A DNA stretch of 64,000 nucleotides from assembly GCA_038205015.1 (NCBI GenBank), contig JBBRCK010000002.1, positions 33,913-97,912 of the forward strand, read 5' to 3'. The position numbers and the translations under genes are program-made. Under the pieces are notes generated by a model, which saw nothing but the letters and a program-made list of their open reading frames with translations, ran no database searches and was not told where the DNA came from. Below, in pieces: positions 30,006 to 40,073 of this stretch; position 1 is the first letter of the stretch; the number at the start of each line of letters is the position of its first letter. The stretch comes from Candidatus Levyibacteriota bacterium. GTDB taxonomy: Bacteria > Patescibacteriota > Microgenomatia > Levybacterales > UBA12049.

Positions 30006-31529
30006 TTAATTGAACATTTTCTTAAATTCTAATGCTCCTTTTTCTATTTTTTTCAAAAGTTCCTCGTTTGGTTTTTGACCTGTCGCTAATTCTTCTAAAA
30101 TTTTAGGATATTTTCTTTTCATAAAATTATGAAAGTCAGCTTCAAATTGTAATACTTTCTCAACGGCAATATCATCAATTATTCCGTTTGTAGCAACCCA
30201 AATGCTTAAATACTCCAAACTTTCTGAAAGTGGGCTGTATTGAAGCTGTTTTAGAATTTCGATTGTTCTTTTTCCTCTTTCAAGCTGTTTAGACGTTGCT
30301 TCATCTAGTTCTGATCCGAATTGCGCAAAAGCAGCTAAATTATTGTATTGTGCAAGTTCCAGTCTCATTTTTCCGGCAATAGATTTAATTGCTGGTGTTT
30401 GCGCTGCTCCTCCAACTCTGGAAACAGAGCTTGCCGCATCTATTGCTGGTCTATTTCCTGAATAAAATAGGTCAGTTGAGAAGAAAATTTGTCCGTCGGT
30501 AATGGAGATAACATTGGTTGGAATGTAAGCTGACAAGTCGTTTGCTTGAGTTTCAATTACGGGTAAAGCGGTAATTGATCCACCGCCATTTGCCTTATTC
30601 ATTTTTACTGCTCTTTCTAAAAGTCTTGAATGTAAATAAAAGATATCTCCAGGATAAGCTTCTCGTCCTGCCGGTCTTTTTAAAATTAACGATATTTGTC
30701 TATATGCCCAAGCGTGTTTAGTTAAATCATCGTAAACTACTAAAACATCTTTACCTTTTTCCATAAAGTATTCGGCGATAGCAACACCTGCATAAGGAGC
30801 TAAATACTGAAGGGAAGCAGGTTCGGAAGCCGAGGCAACAACTACGATTGTATAATCCAAGCTTTCTGCCTCTCTAAGTTTTTCAACTACCTGTGCAACG
30901 GTTGATTGTTTTTGTCCGATCGCAACGTAAATACAGATTACCGGATCTTCTTTTCTTAATTTTGCGGCCTGTTTTTGATTGATTATTGTGTCAATGGCTA
31001 TTGCAGTTTTACCGGTACCTCTATCTCCGATTATTAACTCTCTTTGCCCTCTTCCGATAGGAATCATTGAGTCAATCGCTTTAATACCTGTTTTAAGTGG
31101 AGTATTTACCGGTTCTCTTTCAACAACACCAGCTGCAATTCTCTCCAGAGGCATTGCTTTGCCTTTTTTAGGTTTTGATTTTGCATCTAACGGAACTCCA
31201 AGAGGATTAATGACTCTTCCTAAGAGATCCTCAGATGCCTCAATGCTTAAAAGAATTCCGGTAGTTTTAACGCTGTCTCCCTCCTTAAGGTTTTCAGCTT
31301 TATCAAGAAGTATTATTGAAACACTGTCTTCATCTAAATTTAATATTACTCCTCTTGAGCTGTTTTCAAATTCAACAATCTCTCCCATCATTGCTTTTGA
31401 AAGTCCTGATGCGACGATAACGCCGTCGTTATTCTTTTCAACAACACCAACATTGCTCTGAGACCCAGCAGCGTTAAATGATGATAATTTTTTTTCTAAA
31501 TCTTCGATTATTTTTTTACTTTTATCCAT
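30006..31529 (-). CDS. atpA: F0F1 ATP synthase subunit alpha.
   Basis: 507 aa. P-loop GDRGTGKTA, with ELIIGDRGTGKTAIAIDTIINQ. Confidence 0.95.
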   Translation of the reverse strand: MDKSKKIIEDLEKKLSSFNAAGSQSNVGVVEKNNDGVIVASGLSKAMMGEIVEFENSSRGVILNLDEDSVSIILLDKAENLKEGDSVKTTGILLSIEASEDLLGRVINPLGVPLDAKSKPKKGKAMPLERIAAGVVEREPVNTPLKTGIKAIDSMIPIGRGQRELIIGDRGTGKTAIAIDTIINQKQAAKLRKEDPVICIYVAIGQKQSTVAQVVEKLREAESLDYTIVVVASASEPASLQYLAPYAGVAIAEYFMEKGKDVLVVYDDLTKHAWAYRQISLILKRPAGREAYPGDIFYLHSRLLERAVKMNKANGGGSITALPVIETQANDLSAYIPTNVISITDGQIFFSTDLFYSGNRPAIDAASSVSRVGGAAQTPAIKSIAGKMRLELAQYNNLAAFAQFGSELDEATSKQLERGKRTIEILKQLQYSPLSESLEYLSIWVATNGIIDDIAVEKVLQFEADFHNFMKRKYPKILEELATGQKPNEELLKKIEKGALEFKKMFN

Positions 31530-31531
31530 AA

Positions 31532-31882
31532 TTACTTATTAATATAGTTAACCATTTGTTTAATATTATTTTTTAAATTAAAGTCATAAATTGTATCATT
31601 ATCGATTAATTGAAGCCCTGCAATTAATGATCTATCCTCTTTTAATATAATTTTCTTATTGGCAAATAACTTTTTCACCTCGTTTAATAAAGTACTGTTC
31701 TTTAAAAGATTAGGAACAACTATTGTAACAGTATTTTTATTTTCGATGTTTTTTAAAGATTTTATATACATTTTAAGATCTTTTTGTGATAACTGTTTTA
31801 CAATTTTATCGACTTTTTTTCCGTCCAATAAATTATTTGTATAACTTAAATTTGCCATTTTTTTTATAATTTTAAAATTCAT
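31532..31882 (-). CDS. atpH: F0F1 ATP synthase subunit delta (OSCP), N-terminally truncated form.
   Basis: 116 aa. The C-terminal motif LIAGLQLIDNDTIYDFNLKNNIKQ is OSCP-like, and it sits between atpF and atpA. It lacks the usual N-terminal helical domain of about 60 aa. Confidence 0.6.
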   Translation of the reverse strand: MNFKIIKKMANLSYTNNLLDGKKVDKIVKQLSQKDLKMYIKSLKNIENKNTVTIVVPNLLKNSTLLNEVKKLFANKKIILKEDRSLIAGLQLIDNDTIYDFNLKNNIKQMVNYINK

Positions 31883-31884
31883 AA

Positions 31885-32388
31885 TTAATTAATTTTTTTA
31901 ATATCTTTTATAGCCTTTTCCACGATTTGTTTTTGTTCCTTTTCTCCAAACATTCCTTCAAGTGTTTTTGAAATCATGTTTCCCGCTAGAATGCTGACAT
32001 TTTCGGTCAATTTTCTTTCTAAATTTTTTGCTTCCTGCTCAATTTGCGTTTTTGCTTCCATAATCATTTTTTCTGTTTGCTTCTTTGTATTTTGTTCAAT
32101 TTCTTTTGAAATTTCTAAAGCTTGTGTCTTTGTATCCTCGATAATCTTTTTAGCTTCATCTTGAGCATTAGATAAAATCTTTTTTTCTTTCTCGATTGTT
32201 TTTTCTAAGGTTAATCTTGATTCTTCCGCTTGTTTTAAACCTTCTTTGATTACATCTTCCCGTTTCTTCACCATATCCATAACGGGCTTATATAAAAAGC
32301 GTTTTAATAGAAAAAATATAATTAAAAAATTTATGATTTGAGCCCCCAGCATTACGGGATCAAATCCAAGGGTTTTTAAAAAATCCAT
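31885..32388 (-). CDS. atpF: F0F1 ATP synthase subunit b.
   Basis: 167 aa. One N-terminal TM helix and a long charged coiled-coil. Operon position supports the call. Confidence 0.75.
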   Translation of the reverse strand: MDFLKTLGFDPVMLGAQIINFLIIFFLLKRFLYKPVMDMVKKREDVIKEGLKQAEESRLTLEKTIEKEKKILSNAQDEAKKIIEDTKTQALEISKEIEQNTKKQTEKMIMEAKTQIEQEAKNLERKLTENVSILAGNMISKTLEGMFGEKEQKQIVEKAIKDIKKIN

Positions 32389-32391
32389 ATC

Positions 32392-32598
32392 TTATTTTAT
32401 GAAAGCTAAAATTAATGAATAAATTGCGATAGCTTCTGCGAATGCCATACCTAAAAGCATTGCTGGTAAAATTTTTCCTGATGCTTCTGGATTTCTTCCG
32501 ATCGCTTCCATTGCTTTTGCTCCGATTAATCCAATTGCCAAGGCTGCCATCTGACCTCCGATAGCAATAATTAATCCTCCGGATATACTAAATGTCAC
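32392..32598 (-). CDS. atpE: F0F1 ATP synthase subunit c.
   Basis: 68-aa hairpin with glycine-rich helix 1, RNPEA loop and a conserved carboxylate in helix 2 (AEAIAIY). Confidence 0.85.
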   Translation of the reverse strand: MTFSISGGLIIAIGGQMAALAIGLIGAKAMEAIGRNPEASGKILPAMLLGMAFAEAIAIYSLILAFIK

Positions 32599-33335
32599 TG
32601 GTGACTCACCTCCTTAGCATGCTCTTTATGTGGCGTCATTAAGACAGCCATAAAAGCCATGGTCAACATTGAAAAAACTAGTGCTTGAACCAGTCCAACA
32701 ACTACCTCAAGCATCATGAAGGGTAGGGGAAATAAAACTGCAAAAATTGTAGCAACCGTTCCTAAAACAACTTCGCCTGCAAAAATATTGCCAAATAAAC
32801 GGAAAGAAAGTGAAACAATCTTGGTTAATTCGCCAATAAGTTCAAGTATTCCAATGTAAAGACTTAAGGGATTTAAAGAAAAATATCTGGAAAGATACTC
32901 TTTTATCCCCAGAGTATTAAAACTTAAGATATGTGTTGCAAAAATAGACACTAAAGCTAAGGCAAGTGTGACATTAAAATCGCTGGTTGCTGCTCTAAAA
33001 AAGGGAATTATCTTATCGTGTTCTTTTATACCGATTACACTAATTCCCGGAATAAGGCCGGACCAGTTTGCAATTAAAATAAAAAGAAAAAAAGTCATAA
33101 AAAAGGGAAATATTTTTACTGTATTTTCTCCGGCGACAGAATATGTAATGTTATAAAATTCCTGAATAATCGTTTCAATTATTGTTTGAAGTTTTCCAGG
33201 GATTAGGCTGAGTTTTTTCCTCAATGAAATTATCAAGCCAATTAAGGCCGCATCAACTAGAAGGGTATCTAGAAAAGAGTTGGTAAAGCTAAAAAAGCCA
33301 ATACGAAAAATAGGTTCTGCTGCAAATGAAACCAT
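32595..33335 (-). CDS. atpB: F0F1 ATP synthase subunit a.
   Basis: 246 aa with 5-6 TM helices. Conserved Arg in LSFRLFGNIFAGE. Confidence 0.85.
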   Translation of the reverse strand: MVSFAAEPIFRIGFFSFTNSFLDTLLVDAALIGLIISLRKKLSLIPGKLQTIIETIIQEFYNITYSVAGENTVKIFPFFMTFFLFILIANWSGLIPGISVIGIKEHDKIIPFFRAATSDFNVTLALALVSIFATHILSFNTLGIKEYLSRYFSLNPLSLYIGILELIGELTKIVSLSFRLFGNIFAGEVVLGTVATIFAVLFPLPFMMLEVVVGLVQALVFSMLTMAFMAVLMTPHKEHAKEVSHQ

Positions 33336-33366
33336 TGTTATATTTTATTTATAAATTGAGTTCAAG

Positions 33367-36300
33367 TCAAGAAGCTAAATTGCTAAAAGATCTGATTTTA
33401 TCAACTAGAATTACCGGTTTGTCGTTTTTTGAATCAATCTTTCCGCTCACTAGAATAACATTTTCTTTAGTAAGTAGAGATTTGTAGTTGTCAAAAACTT
33501 TAGGAAAAATAACGCATTCGGCACTAACTCCATTTTCATTTGATAGCAGTAGGAATGCCATTTCTTTATTAGATTTTTTCGTAAAAATTCTTCTTATAGA
33601 TTCAACAATTCCTCCGATTGTAACTTGAGTGGTAGCTTTTTCTTCTTCCAAGGCTTCTAATTCGTGGGTAATTTCTGCTTTAATTTTAATTAAATTATCA
33701 AATTGCGGATGGGCGGTTAAGTAAAATCCTAAAAACTCTTTTTCAAAAGCAAGCTTTTCATCATCCGTAAAATCATTAAATTCGGAAGATGACTCAGTTA
33801 AAGTATCTTGTTTTTCAAATTCAGATTCAAATAAACTAGTTTGTCCACTTTTAGTTTCTTTTTTCTTTTTATTTGATTTTTCAATAATTTCCGGATAGTC
33901 TATTAACAATTTTGCTCTTTTGCCAAAAGTGTCCATGGCGCCAGCTTTAATTAAGCTTTCGACGGTTTTTTTGTTTATCGTTGAAAGATCAACTCTTTTA
34001 CAAAAATCGTCAAATGAGAGAAAATCTCCCTTATTTCTATTTTCCAAGATATTTTCGATTGCCGCTTTACCGACATTTTTAATAGCAGATAAACCAAATC
34101 TGATTTTAGTATTATCTTCAATAGTAAATTCATCACCCGATTTATTAATATTAGGAGGTAATACTTGAATTTTTATTCTTTTACATTCGGCAACTGCCTG
34201 GGCTATTTTTTCATTTTTGGTTGGGCCGGTAGTTCCTCTTGATTCCGCAGTTAGTAAAGCAGTCATCAGCTCAACAGGATAATTGGCTTTTAGGTAAGCG
34301 GTTCTAAAGGCGATTGTTGCATAGCATGCTGCGTGTGCTTTCCCAAACCCGTATCCTGCGAATGGTTCGAATAAAATCCATAAACCTTCTGCCTTATCTT
34401 TTGCCATTCCATTTGTAATACATCCTGAGATAAAATGATCATGTTCTTTTTTCATTTCAGCAGGAATTTTTTTACCAACTGCTTTTCTGAGTTTGTCTGC
34501 CTCAAGCCACGAGTAACCGGCAACTTTAATAGCGGTTAGAAGTAAATCGTCTTGGAAAGTGATTATTCCGTATGATTCTTTTAAAACATCCTCAAGTCTT
34601 GGGTCCGGAAATTTGATAAGCTTAGGGTTATGCTTTCTTCGAATAAACTCTGGGATATTTGCCATAGGGCCTGGTCGATACAAAGCTACCATTGCCTGCA
34701 GATCGAAAATAGTAGTCGGCTTTAACTCTTTGATATATCTTCTCATTCCTGATGATTCAAGCTGAAAAATTCCGGTTGTTTCGCCCGAAGCTAATAATTT
34801 ATAAGTTTTTTCATTCTCAAACGTAATTTTTGAAAAATCTACGACTTTTTCTTGATTTTCGAGTATAAATTTTAAAGCTTCTTGAATAATGGTTAGATTT
34901 CTAAGTCCTAAGAAATCAATTTTTAATAATCCTACTCCGTCTTCGCCAATTGAGTACATATCATATTGAGTAACAATTTTATCTCCATTACTTTCTCTTT
35001 GAAGTGGGGTATATTCGGTAATATCTTTATCGGCAATAACTACTCCAGCCGCGTGGACCGAGGCATGTCTAGCAACCCCTTCAACTTTTCTGGCTAAATC
35101 CAAAAGCCTTCTGGTTTCATCCTCGGTGGTATAAGCAATTTTAAGTTCCGGGCTTTGATCAAGGGCCTTATCAATTGTCATTGCGTGTCCTTGCCAGCCA
35201 AGAGGAATCATTTTAGAAATTCTGTCAGGAACTGAATAGGGATAGCCTAAAACTCTTCCAATATCTCTAACCGAACCTTTCGCTTCCATCGTTCCAAAAG
35301 TAATTATTTGAGCGACTTTATCTCGTCCGTATTTTTCGGTAACGTATTCAATTACTTCATCACGTCGATTGTCCGCAAAATCTAAATCAATATCAGGAGG
35401 GGATGGACGCATTGGATTTAAAAATCTTTCAAAAGGAAGCTTAAAGAAAAGTGGATCAATGTCGGAAATTCCGAGTGCATAAGATACTATCGAACCAGCA
35501 TTGGAACCTCTTCCAGGACCAACAGTAATTCCTTGCAATTTGGCCCAATTTACAAAGTCTGCAACAATTAAAATATATGTTTCGTATCCCTTTTTTAAAA
35601 TAATAGAAAGTTCATATTCAGTTCGCTCTGAAATTTCATTTGTAACAGTATTATATCTTCTTATTAATCCTTCGTTAACTTTAACTTTCATATATTCAGC
35701 AGCAGTAATTCCGCCTGGAACTTCAAACAAAGGCATAATCCATTTTCCAAGAGGAATTTCAACGTTGCACATCTCAGCAATTTTTACCGTATTTTCGATT
35801 GCTTCGGGATTTTGCACAAAAAGTCCGGTCATTTCTTCTTGAGTTTTAATATAAAAATCAGGAGAATTAATCATTGATAATTTTCTATCTTTCGTATCAA
35901 GCGTGGTTTGAGTTTGAACACACAATAAAGCCTCCTGTGCTTCTGCATCAGAATTTTTTACATAATGATTATCATTTGTTGCAACTAGGGGTATGCCTAA
36001 GTCTTTAGATAACTTTATTAATTTTGGGTTTAAAATTTCTTGTGGTGGAATATTAATATGTTTTTGGAGTTCCAAGTAAAAATTATCCTGTCCAAATATT
36101 TCGTTTAATTTTTTTGCCCTTTCGATTGCAGTTTGTTCCTGATTTCTTAAGAGTGGTTCGGAGATAAATCCGCTTACGCAAGCACTTAAACAAATTAATC
36201 CTTCATGATATTCGTTTAGTAGCTCTAAATCTGCGCGTGGTTTATAATAATATCCTTCCAATCCGGCAACAGAAATTATTTTCATTAAATTTTTATAACC

Positions 36301-36591
36301 TTGAAAATTTTTTGCAAGTAAAACCAAATGATTAGAATCTGAATCTATTCCAGCTTCTTTATCGTGTCTTGAACGCTTGCCAATGTAAATTTCTGCTCCG
36401 ATTATCGGTTTAATTCCTTCTTCGATACAGGTTTTGTAAAAGTTGATCATTCCATACATATTGCCATGGTCTGTGATGGCAATGGCTTTCATATTTAATT
36501 CCTTTGCACGCAAAACCATCTCTTTAATTTTTGAAAGACCGTCTAGAAGCGAAAACTCACTATGATTATGAAGATGAACAAAATCTGCCAT
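33367..36591 (-). CDS. dnaE: DNA polymerase III subunit alpha.
   Basis: 1074 aa. PHP domain FVHLHNHSEFSLLDG, polymerase core and OB fold. No intein. Confidence 0.95.
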   Translation of the reverse strand: MADFVHLHNHSEFSLLDGLSKIKEMVLRAKELNMKAIAITDHGNMYGMINFYKTCIEEGIKPIIGAEIYIGKRSRHDKEAGIDSDSNHLVLLAKNFQGYKNLMKIISVAGLEGYYYKPRADLELLNEYHEGLICLSACVSGFISEPLLRNQEQTAIERAKKLNEIFGQDNFYLELQKHINIPPQEILNPKLIKLSKDLGIPLVATNDNHYVKNSDAEAQEALLCVQTQTTLDTKDRKLSMINSPDFYIKTQEEMTGLFVQNPEAIENTVKIAEMCNVEIPLGKWIMPLFEVPGGITAAEYMKVKVNEGLIRRYNTVTNEISERTEYELSIILKKGYETYILIVADFVNWAKLQGITVGPGRGSNAGSIVSYALGISDIDPLFFKLPFERFLNPMRPSPPDIDLDFADNRRDEVIEYVTEKYGRDKVAQIITFGTMEAKGSVRDIGRVLGYPYSVPDRISKMIPLGWQGHAMTIDKALDQSPELKIAYTTEDETRRLLDLARKVEGVARHASVHAAGVVIADKDITEYTPLQRESNGDKIVTQYDMYSIGEDGVGLLKIDFLGLRNLTIIQEALKFILENQEKVVDFSKITFENEKTYKLLASGETTGIFQLESSGMRRYIKELKPTTIFDLQAMVALYRPGPMANIPEFIRRKHNPKLIKFPDPRLEDVLKESYGIITFQDDLLLTAIKVAGYSWLEADKLRKAVGKKIPAEMKKEHDHFISGCITNGMAKDKAEGLWILFEPFAGYGFGKAHAACYATIAFRTAYLKANYPVELMTALLTAESRGTTGPTKNEKIAQAVAECKRIKIQVLPPNINKSGDEFTIEDNTKIRFGLSAIKNVGKAAIENILENRNKGDFLSFDDFCKRVDLSTINKKTVESLIKAGAMDTFGKRAKLLIDYPEIIEKSNKKKKETKSGQTSLFESEFEKQDTLTESSSEFNDFTDDEKLAFEKEFLGFYLTAHPQFDNLIKIKAEITHELEALEEEKATTQVTIGGIVESIRRIFTKKSNKEMAFLLLSNENGVSAECVIFPKVFDNYKSLLTKENVILVSGKIDSKNDKPVILVDKIRSFSNLAS

Positions 36592-36593
36592 AT

Positions 36594-37334
36594 TTATGGG
36601 GAAACAATGACAGTCCTGTCTCTTCCTCCTTCTTTAGCACTATATAAACCAAGAGTGTCAACTTTTTCAAAAAATGCTCTTTCTTCCTGTTGTCGGTTTA
36701 TTCCTCCACCAATACTTACTGTTATTGGAATTTGTAAGTCTTGACCTTCTTTTGTTACCGAATAAGGAGAGCCTCCAACTGCTGTTCTTAATTTTTCAGC
36801 AACTTTTTCTAAATCTTCTTCGCTATGCATTCCTGGAAGTAGTACTACCAATTCTTCTCCTCCATAGCGAAATATTTGATCATTTTGCTCAGCTTCTGCT
36901 CGTACTTGTCTTAAATGTGATGTCAAATTTTGTGCGGTTTGAATTATAACGCTGTCTCCAACAGCATGACCGTAACTGTCATTAACTTTTTTAAAGTGGT
37001 CTATATCAACTATTAACAATCCAAATGGTGCTCCGTTCTCAATGAGTTTTTTAACTTCTTCCTTGTATGCGCCATTATCTAAAAGTCCCGTCATTGGATC
37101 TTTTCTTTTTTGACCTTTTACTCTTTCTGTTAATATATCTCTTGCTACCATAGATCTAGCAATAAGCTCATTTCTTTGTTCTTGGGTAAGTGTCCCTGAA
37201 TTAACTTGATTTTGAAGTGAATTAAGCCAATCGACATTAGACTGAATTCTTTGATCAATTCCAAGTCTCCTTTCACTTCTTTTTTCTGTTTGATTTTGTG
37301 GAATATTAGTTGGTGTTTCTACTGCTTCGCTCAT
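36594..37334 (-). CDS. GGDEF-domain protein (putative diguanylate cyclase) with a coiled-coil N-terminus.
   Basis: 246 aa. Motifs DPMTGLLDN, LLIVDIDHFKKVNDSYGHAVGD, RYGGEELVVLLP and ITVSIGG match the GGDEF fold. The signature is GGEEL and no RxxD I-site is evident. Confidence 0.75.
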   Translation of the reverse strand: MSEAVETPTNIPQNQTEKRSERRLGIDQRIQSNVDWLNSLQNQVNSGTLTQEQRNELIARSMVARDILTERVKGQKRKDPMTGLLDNGAYKEEVKKLIENGAPFGLLIVDIDHFKKVNDSYGHAVGDSVIIQTAQNLTSHLRQVRAEAEQNDQIFRYGGEELVVLLPGMHSEEDLEKVAEKLRTAVGGSPYSVTKEGQDLQIPITVSIGGGINRQQEERAFFEKVDTLGLYSAKEGGRDRTVIVSP

Positions 37335-38674
37335 TTTAATTTCGCGGTTAAAACCGCCTTAATTTTTTCAGCGTCAACTTTTTCTTTGAACTGACGCATA
37401 ACCTGACCTACTAAAAACATTATAACTGTTTCCTTGCCTTTTTTGAAGTCTTCAACAGCCCTCGGATTATCATTTATAACTTTTTCTACAATTTTATCTA
37501 ACTCATCTTCATTTACAGCTAATATAGCTGTTGCTTGAATAAATTGTTTAATAATACTTGCCGGAAGTTCGTCTGCAAGATTAACGTCTCTATTAACAAT
37601 AAAATTTGTGAGCTTTTGAGGGTCGATATTCTCTTTAATACCAATTTTTATTGCTTCTTCAAAATTAACAGATGCTTTTATGTTGTCAGATACAGTGATA
37701 GCATCGCTTATTTTAATATTAAGTTCTTTTGCTAATCTTGTTACTTTTTCATCTGGAAGCTCGGGGAGAGAATTTTTTATATTTTCTATTTCTTGCTTAA
37801 TCCATCTGATCGGTGGAATGTCTGGTTCTGGAAAATATCTATAATCGGAAGCTTCTTCTTTTACGCGCTGTGAAACTGTAGAAGAGTTTTTTTCCACAAA
37901 TCCTCTTGTTTCCTGAGCCGGAGTTTTTCCATTATCTAAAATTTCTGCTTGCCGATTAATTTCGTATTCAATTGCCTTACTAACAAAGCCAAACGAGTTG
38001 ATGTTTTTAACTTCTACTTTGTAATTTGGTAACTTAGTTTCTCCATCTTTTCTTAAAGATATATTTGGTTCAAGTCTCATATTGCCTTTTTCCATATCGG
38101 CATTAGATACATCGAGATATCTAACAATTTGTTGTAATTTTTGAAGATATTCTTTTACCTCCTCTGCAGTTTCAAAATCAGGTTCGGTTACTATCTCAAC
38201 TAAAGGTACGCCAGAACGGTTAAAATCTATCAAGCTAACATCTTTTCCGTTGACTACTTCGTGTATTAGTTTTCCCGTGTCTTCTTCCATATGCACCCTG
38301 GTAATACCGATTCTTTTTCCGGTTGAAAGAGTAATGTGGCCGCTTACGCAAAACGGTTTATCGTATTGGGAAATCTGATAACCTTTTGAGAGGTCAGGGT
38401 AAAAATAATTCTTTCTGTCAAATTTACTAAATAAAGGAATTTCGCAGTTTAATGCCAGGCCAATCATCACGCACCATTCGATTGCTTTTTTATTTGGGTA
38501 GGGAAGTGCTCCTGGTAATCCAAGGCATACTGGGCAAGTGTGAGTATTTGGTTTTTGTCCGAAATAATCCGCAGAACATGAACAAAACATTTTACTATTT
38601 GTTTTAAGTTCTACGTGTACTTCAAGTCCAATTACCGTTGTATATTTCATAATTTTGGCTTTAATCTTCTCCAA
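37331..38674 (-). CDS. gatB: Asp/Glu-tRNA amidotransferase subunit B.
   Basis: 447 aa. VIGLEVHVELKT..CPVCLGLPGALP N-terminus is typical of GatB. Confidence 0.9.
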   Translation of the reverse strand: MEKIKAKIMKYTTVIGLEVHVELKTNSKMFCSCSADYFGQKPNTHTCPVCLGLPGALPYPNKKAIEWCVMIGLALNCEIPLFSKFDRKNYFYPDLSKGYQISQYDKPFCVSGHITLSTGKRIGITRVHMEEDTGKLIHEVVNGKDVSLIDFNRSGVPLVEIVTEPDFETAEEVKEYLQKLQQIVRYLDVSNADMEKGNMRLEPNISLRKDGETKLPNYKVEVKNINSFGFVSKAIEYEINRQAEILDNGKTPAQETRGFVEKNSSTVSQRVKEEASDYRYFPEPDIPPIRWIKQEIENIKNSLPELPDEKVTRLAKELNIKISDAITVSDNIKASVNFEEAIKIGIKENIDPQKLTNFIVNRDVNLADELPASIIKQFIQATAILAVNEDELDKIVEKVINDNPRAVEDFKKGKETVIMFLVGQVMRQFKEKVDAEKIKAVLTAKLK

Positions 38675-40068
38675 TCTTCATTTTGACTAGCTTGTTCATA
38701 TTGATTAGCGACGGAAAGTATTAATTCTTCGCTAAATTGCGGGCCGATTATTTGCATTCCGATTGGAAGTTTAGAGGTAGAAAACCCTACCGGAATGTTT
38801 ATTCCTGCAAGACCTGCAATTGATGAAGGTTCAACTAAAACGTCTGCAATTTCACCAAACATAGAAAGATCTTTAGTTGCCCCTACGGGTAGTGCCAATG
38901 ATGGACTGGTGGGAGCAATAATTACATCTACTTTTTCGAAGGCTTTTTTAAAGTCGTTTATAATTACAGTTCGTACTTTTTGAGCTTTATTATAATATTG
39001 ATCGTAATATCCAGAAGATAGTGCGTATGTTCCAAACATAATTCTTCTCTTTGCTTCCTCCATAAATTTTTCCCTTCCTGATCCAAATCTGATTCCGTCG
39101 TATCGGGCTAGATTAGAAGAAACTTCTGATCTTTGAATGATGGTATAAACATCTATTGCATATTTAGGATCAAAAAGTTTTATATCTTCTTGTTTTGCAC
39201 CTAATTCCAATAATTTCAATACAGCCTTTTTCACTGCTTCTTCAACTTCCTTATCGATTCCTTTAATAAAATATTCACTGGAAATTCCAATTCTTAAGTC
39301 CTTTATTGATTTGTCCAAATTTTTAGAATAATCCCCTACCAGTTGCGGGGAAGTGGTAGCGTCTAATTCGTCTTTTCCGGCTAAAATTTGTAAGATTAGT
39401 GCCGAATCTTCAACTGTTTTTGTAATTGGGCCGGGGGAATCAAGCGACGAACCCATGGCAACAACACCATACCTACTGACTCTTCCGTAAGTTGGCTTTA
39501 AGCCAACCACCCCACACCATGATGCTGGCTGCCTAATCGAGCCTGCAGTTTCAGATCCAATAGCAGCTATTACTTGGTTTGCTGCAACTGCTGCCGCTGA
39601 GCCTCCTGAAGAGCCTCCAGGTAAGTGATTTGTGTTCCAAGGGTTTCGAGTAGGTCCAAAATCGGATGTTTCGGTAGACGAGCCATGTGCCCAAGCGTCC
39701 ATATTTGTTTTTCCTATCATTACCATTCCGGAATCTTTTAATTTTTTAACAACTGTTGCATCGTATGGAGGAATATAATCTTCCAAAACTTTGCTTGAAG
39801 CGGTTGTTTTGACTCCTTGGGTTGAAAAATTGTCTTTAAAAGCAATTGGAATTCCCAAAAGCGGAAGTTCGACTCCATTTTTTAAAGCTTCATCAGCATT
39901 CCTTGCTTGTTCTAAAGCCTCTTGTTGGGTAACTGTTACGAAAGCATTTAATTTATCATCGGTTTGTTTAATTTGATCAAGACAAGCATTGGTAAGTTCA
40001 ACAGATGAAAAATCTTTATTCTTTAATCCTTCCTGCGTTTTTTTAATTGTTAATTGGTTTAGATTCAT
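38647..40068 (-). CDS. gatA: Asp/Glu-tRNA amidotransferase subunit A (amidase).
   Basis: 473 aa. Amidase signature GGSSGGSAAAVAA with the Ser-cisSer-Lys triad context. Confidence 0.9.
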   Translation of the reverse strand: MNLNQLTIKKTQEGLKNKDFSSVELTNACLDQIKQTDDKLNAFVTVTQQEALEQARNADEALKNGVELPLLGIPIAFKDNFSTQGVKTTASSKVLEDYIPPYDATVVKKLKDSGMVMIGKTNMDAWAHGSSTETSDFGPTRNPWNTNHLPGGSSGGSAAAVAANQVIAAIGSETAGSIRQPASWCGVVGLKPTYGRVSRYGVVAMGSSLDSPGPITKTVEDSALILQILAGKDELDATTSPQLVGDYSKNLDKSIKDLRIGISSEYFIKGIDKEVEEAVKKAVLKLLELGAKQEDIKLFDPKYAIDVYTIIQRSEVSSNLARYDGIRFGSGREKFMEEAKRRIMFGTYALSSGYYDQYYNKAQKVRTVIINDFKKAFEKVDVIIAPTSPSLALPVGATKDLSMFGEIADVLVEPSSIAGLAGINIPVGFSTSKLPIGMQIIGPQFSEELILSVANQYEQASQNEDWRRLKPKL

Positions 40069-40073
40069 ATATT

